The translations under genes were made by a program, and so were the position numbers. DNA of 64,000 nucleotides from positions 74,958,001-75,022,000 of the forward strand of contig OZ038379.1 of the NCBI GenBank assembly GCA_964036045.1, read 5' to 3'. Under the pieces are notes generated by a model. The model saw only the letters and a program-made list of their open reading frames with translations, had not been told where the DNA came from and did no database searches. Positions 62,001 through 64,000 of this stretch are shown here, in pieces. Source of the DNA: Eutreptiella sp. 'Long Island Sound 2002' (Eukaryota; Protista; Euglenida). Within the stretch, counting starts at the first letter, position 1. Each line of letters begins with the position of its first letter.

Positions 62001-64000
62001 ATGGATGAATGATTTGTCGCATCCCGTGTGGAGCAGCGTAGAATGTGTGGATGCGAGGGGATGCATCCTCCAAGGAGTCATCCACTGGCATCCACTCTAG
62101 ACTAGTGTACAGCCCATGCGATCAATTCTTGGAGGGTCTACACCCATCAACGATTTATCACATCCACTCCATACTAGTGTACAGCCCATGCGGTGAATCC
62201 TTGGAGGGTGTACACCCTCCAAGCATTCATCGCATGCACTCTAGACTAGTGTACAGCCTAGGCGATGAATTCTTGAAGGGTCTACACCCTCCAAGGAGTC
62301 ATTGCATCCACTGTAGACTCGTATACAGCCCATGCGATGACTCCTTGAAGGGCCAGAACCCTCCAAGCATTCATTGAATCCACTCTACATCAATGTACAG
62401 CCCATGCGGTGAATCCTCGGAGGGTCTACACCCTCCAAAGATTTATCGCATCTACTGCAGACTAGTGTAGAACCCATGCGATGAATCCTTGAAGGGTCTA
62501 CAACCTCCAAGGATTCATCCCATCCCCTGTATATTAGTGTGCAACCCATGCGGTGAATCCTTGGAGGGTCTACACCCATCAAGGATTCATTGCATCCACA
62601 CTATACTAGTGTACAGCCCATGCTGTGAACGCTTGAGAAGTCCAGGCCCTCAAAGGATTCATCGCATCCACTTTAAATGAGTGCACCGCCCATGCGGTGA
62701 ATCGTGGGAGGGTCTACACCCTCCAAGCATTTATGGCATCCACTGTAGACTAGTGTAAAACCCATGCGATGAATCCTTGAAGGGTCTACAACCTCCAAAG
62801 ATTCATTCCATCCCGTGTAGACTAGTCATCAGTGAATGCGGTGAATCCTTGGGGTTTACGGCCTCCTAGGAGTCATCGCATCCGTCGTAGACTAGTGTAC
62901 ATCGCATGCGATGAATCCTTGAAGGGTCTACACCCACCAAGTATTCATGGTACCCATTCTAGATTGGTGTAGAACCCATGCGATGCATCCTTGAAGGGTC
63001 TACACCCTCCAAAGATGCATCACTTCCACTCTAGACTGGTGTACAGCCCATGCGATCAATTCTTGGAGGGTCTACATCTATCAACGATTCATCACATCAA
63101 CTCTAGACTAGTGTACGGCCCATGCGGTGAATCCATGGAGGGTCTACATCCTCCAAGCATTTCTCGCATCCACTCCAGACTGGTGTACAATCTATGCGAT
63201 GAATCCTTGAAGGGTCTACACTCTCCATGGTTTCATCGCATCCACTCTAGAATGGTATACAGCCCATGCGATGAATCCTTCAAGGGTCTGCACCCTCCAA
63301 AGATTCATCGCATCCACTCTGGACTGGTGTGGACCCCATGCGATGGTTTCCTTGGAGGATCTACACCCATCAATGATTCATGCCATCCCCTATAGACTAG
63401 TGTACAGCCCATGCGATGAATCCTTGGAGGATCTACACCCATGAAGGTTTCACCGCAACCGATCTAGACTAGTGTACAGCCCGTTTGATGAATCCTTGCA
63501 GGGTCTATACCTTCCAAGGCTTCATCCCATCGACTCTACACTAGTGTAGAACCCATGCAATGAATCTTTGAAGGGTCTGCACCCTTCAAAAATTCATCAC
63601 ATCCACTCTACATCAGTGTACAAAGCATGTGGTGAATCCTTGGAGGGTCTACAACCCCCAAGGATTCATCGCATTCACTCTACAGTAGTGTGCCACCCGT
63701 GCGATGAATGCTTGGAGGGTGCACACCCATGAAGGATTCATCGCATCCACTCTACACTAGTGTACAACCCATGCGATGAATCATGGAAGGGTCTACACCC
63801 TCCAACGATTCATTGCATCCACTCTAGACTAGTGTACAGCCCATGCGATGAATCGTTGAAGGGAGTACACCCTCAAAGGATTCATTGAATCAACTTTAGA
63901 TTAGTGTACAGCCCATACGATGAATCATTGGAGGGTATAAACACATCAAGGATTCATGTCATGCCCTCTAGACTAGTGTACAGCCCATGCGGTGAAACCG
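53070..64000. repeat. 72-bp palindromic satellite, ~150 monomers, running off the window end
   Basis: Consensus atgcgatgaatccttggagggt-gtag-accctccaaggattcatcgcat-gggctgtacactagtctagagtgg. It translates as a 24-aa repeat. Orientation flips at ~54930 and ~61950. Confidence 0.97.

Noticed and set aside
54200-63395. His/Arg-rich 24-aa-repeat ORFs (GLHPPRIHRIHSRLVY...)
   Set aside because: Translations of the 72-bp satellite, with frequent stops and open frames on both strands.

Overview
Repeat-rich eukaryotic genomic DNA; the organism is not identifiable from the sequence alone. The only host gene I can support is UPF2 (NMD factor, MIF4G domains), seen as four minus-strand coding exons (21420-21091, 18207-17812, 13516-13247, 4393-3965). 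All have canonical GT-AG, phase-0 junctions, and I found neither the 5' nor the 3' exons in the window. The introns hold decayed mobile DNA. This includes a Penelope-like RT relic, two foldback/Mutator-like TIR elements (10-bp and 8-bp TSDs) that each carry a tandem array, one of them also with a decayed Ulp1-like protease, a 3-kb TIR element with perfect 21-bp TIRs, a 5-bp TSD and an Academ/DUF6589-like transposase pseudogene, and an APE-RT LINE relic. From about 30.8 kb to the end the window is a patchwork of satellites. These are a 41-bp array, a ~91-bp array, a 47-bp array with a 1270-bp higher-order repeat and a 2540-bp super-period, a ~10-bp array, and a 72-bp array whose monomer contains a 22-bp-stem palindrome and whose central block is inverted. 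Most ORFs in the supplied track are artefacts of these repeats. No rRNA, tRNA or CRISPR array was found.
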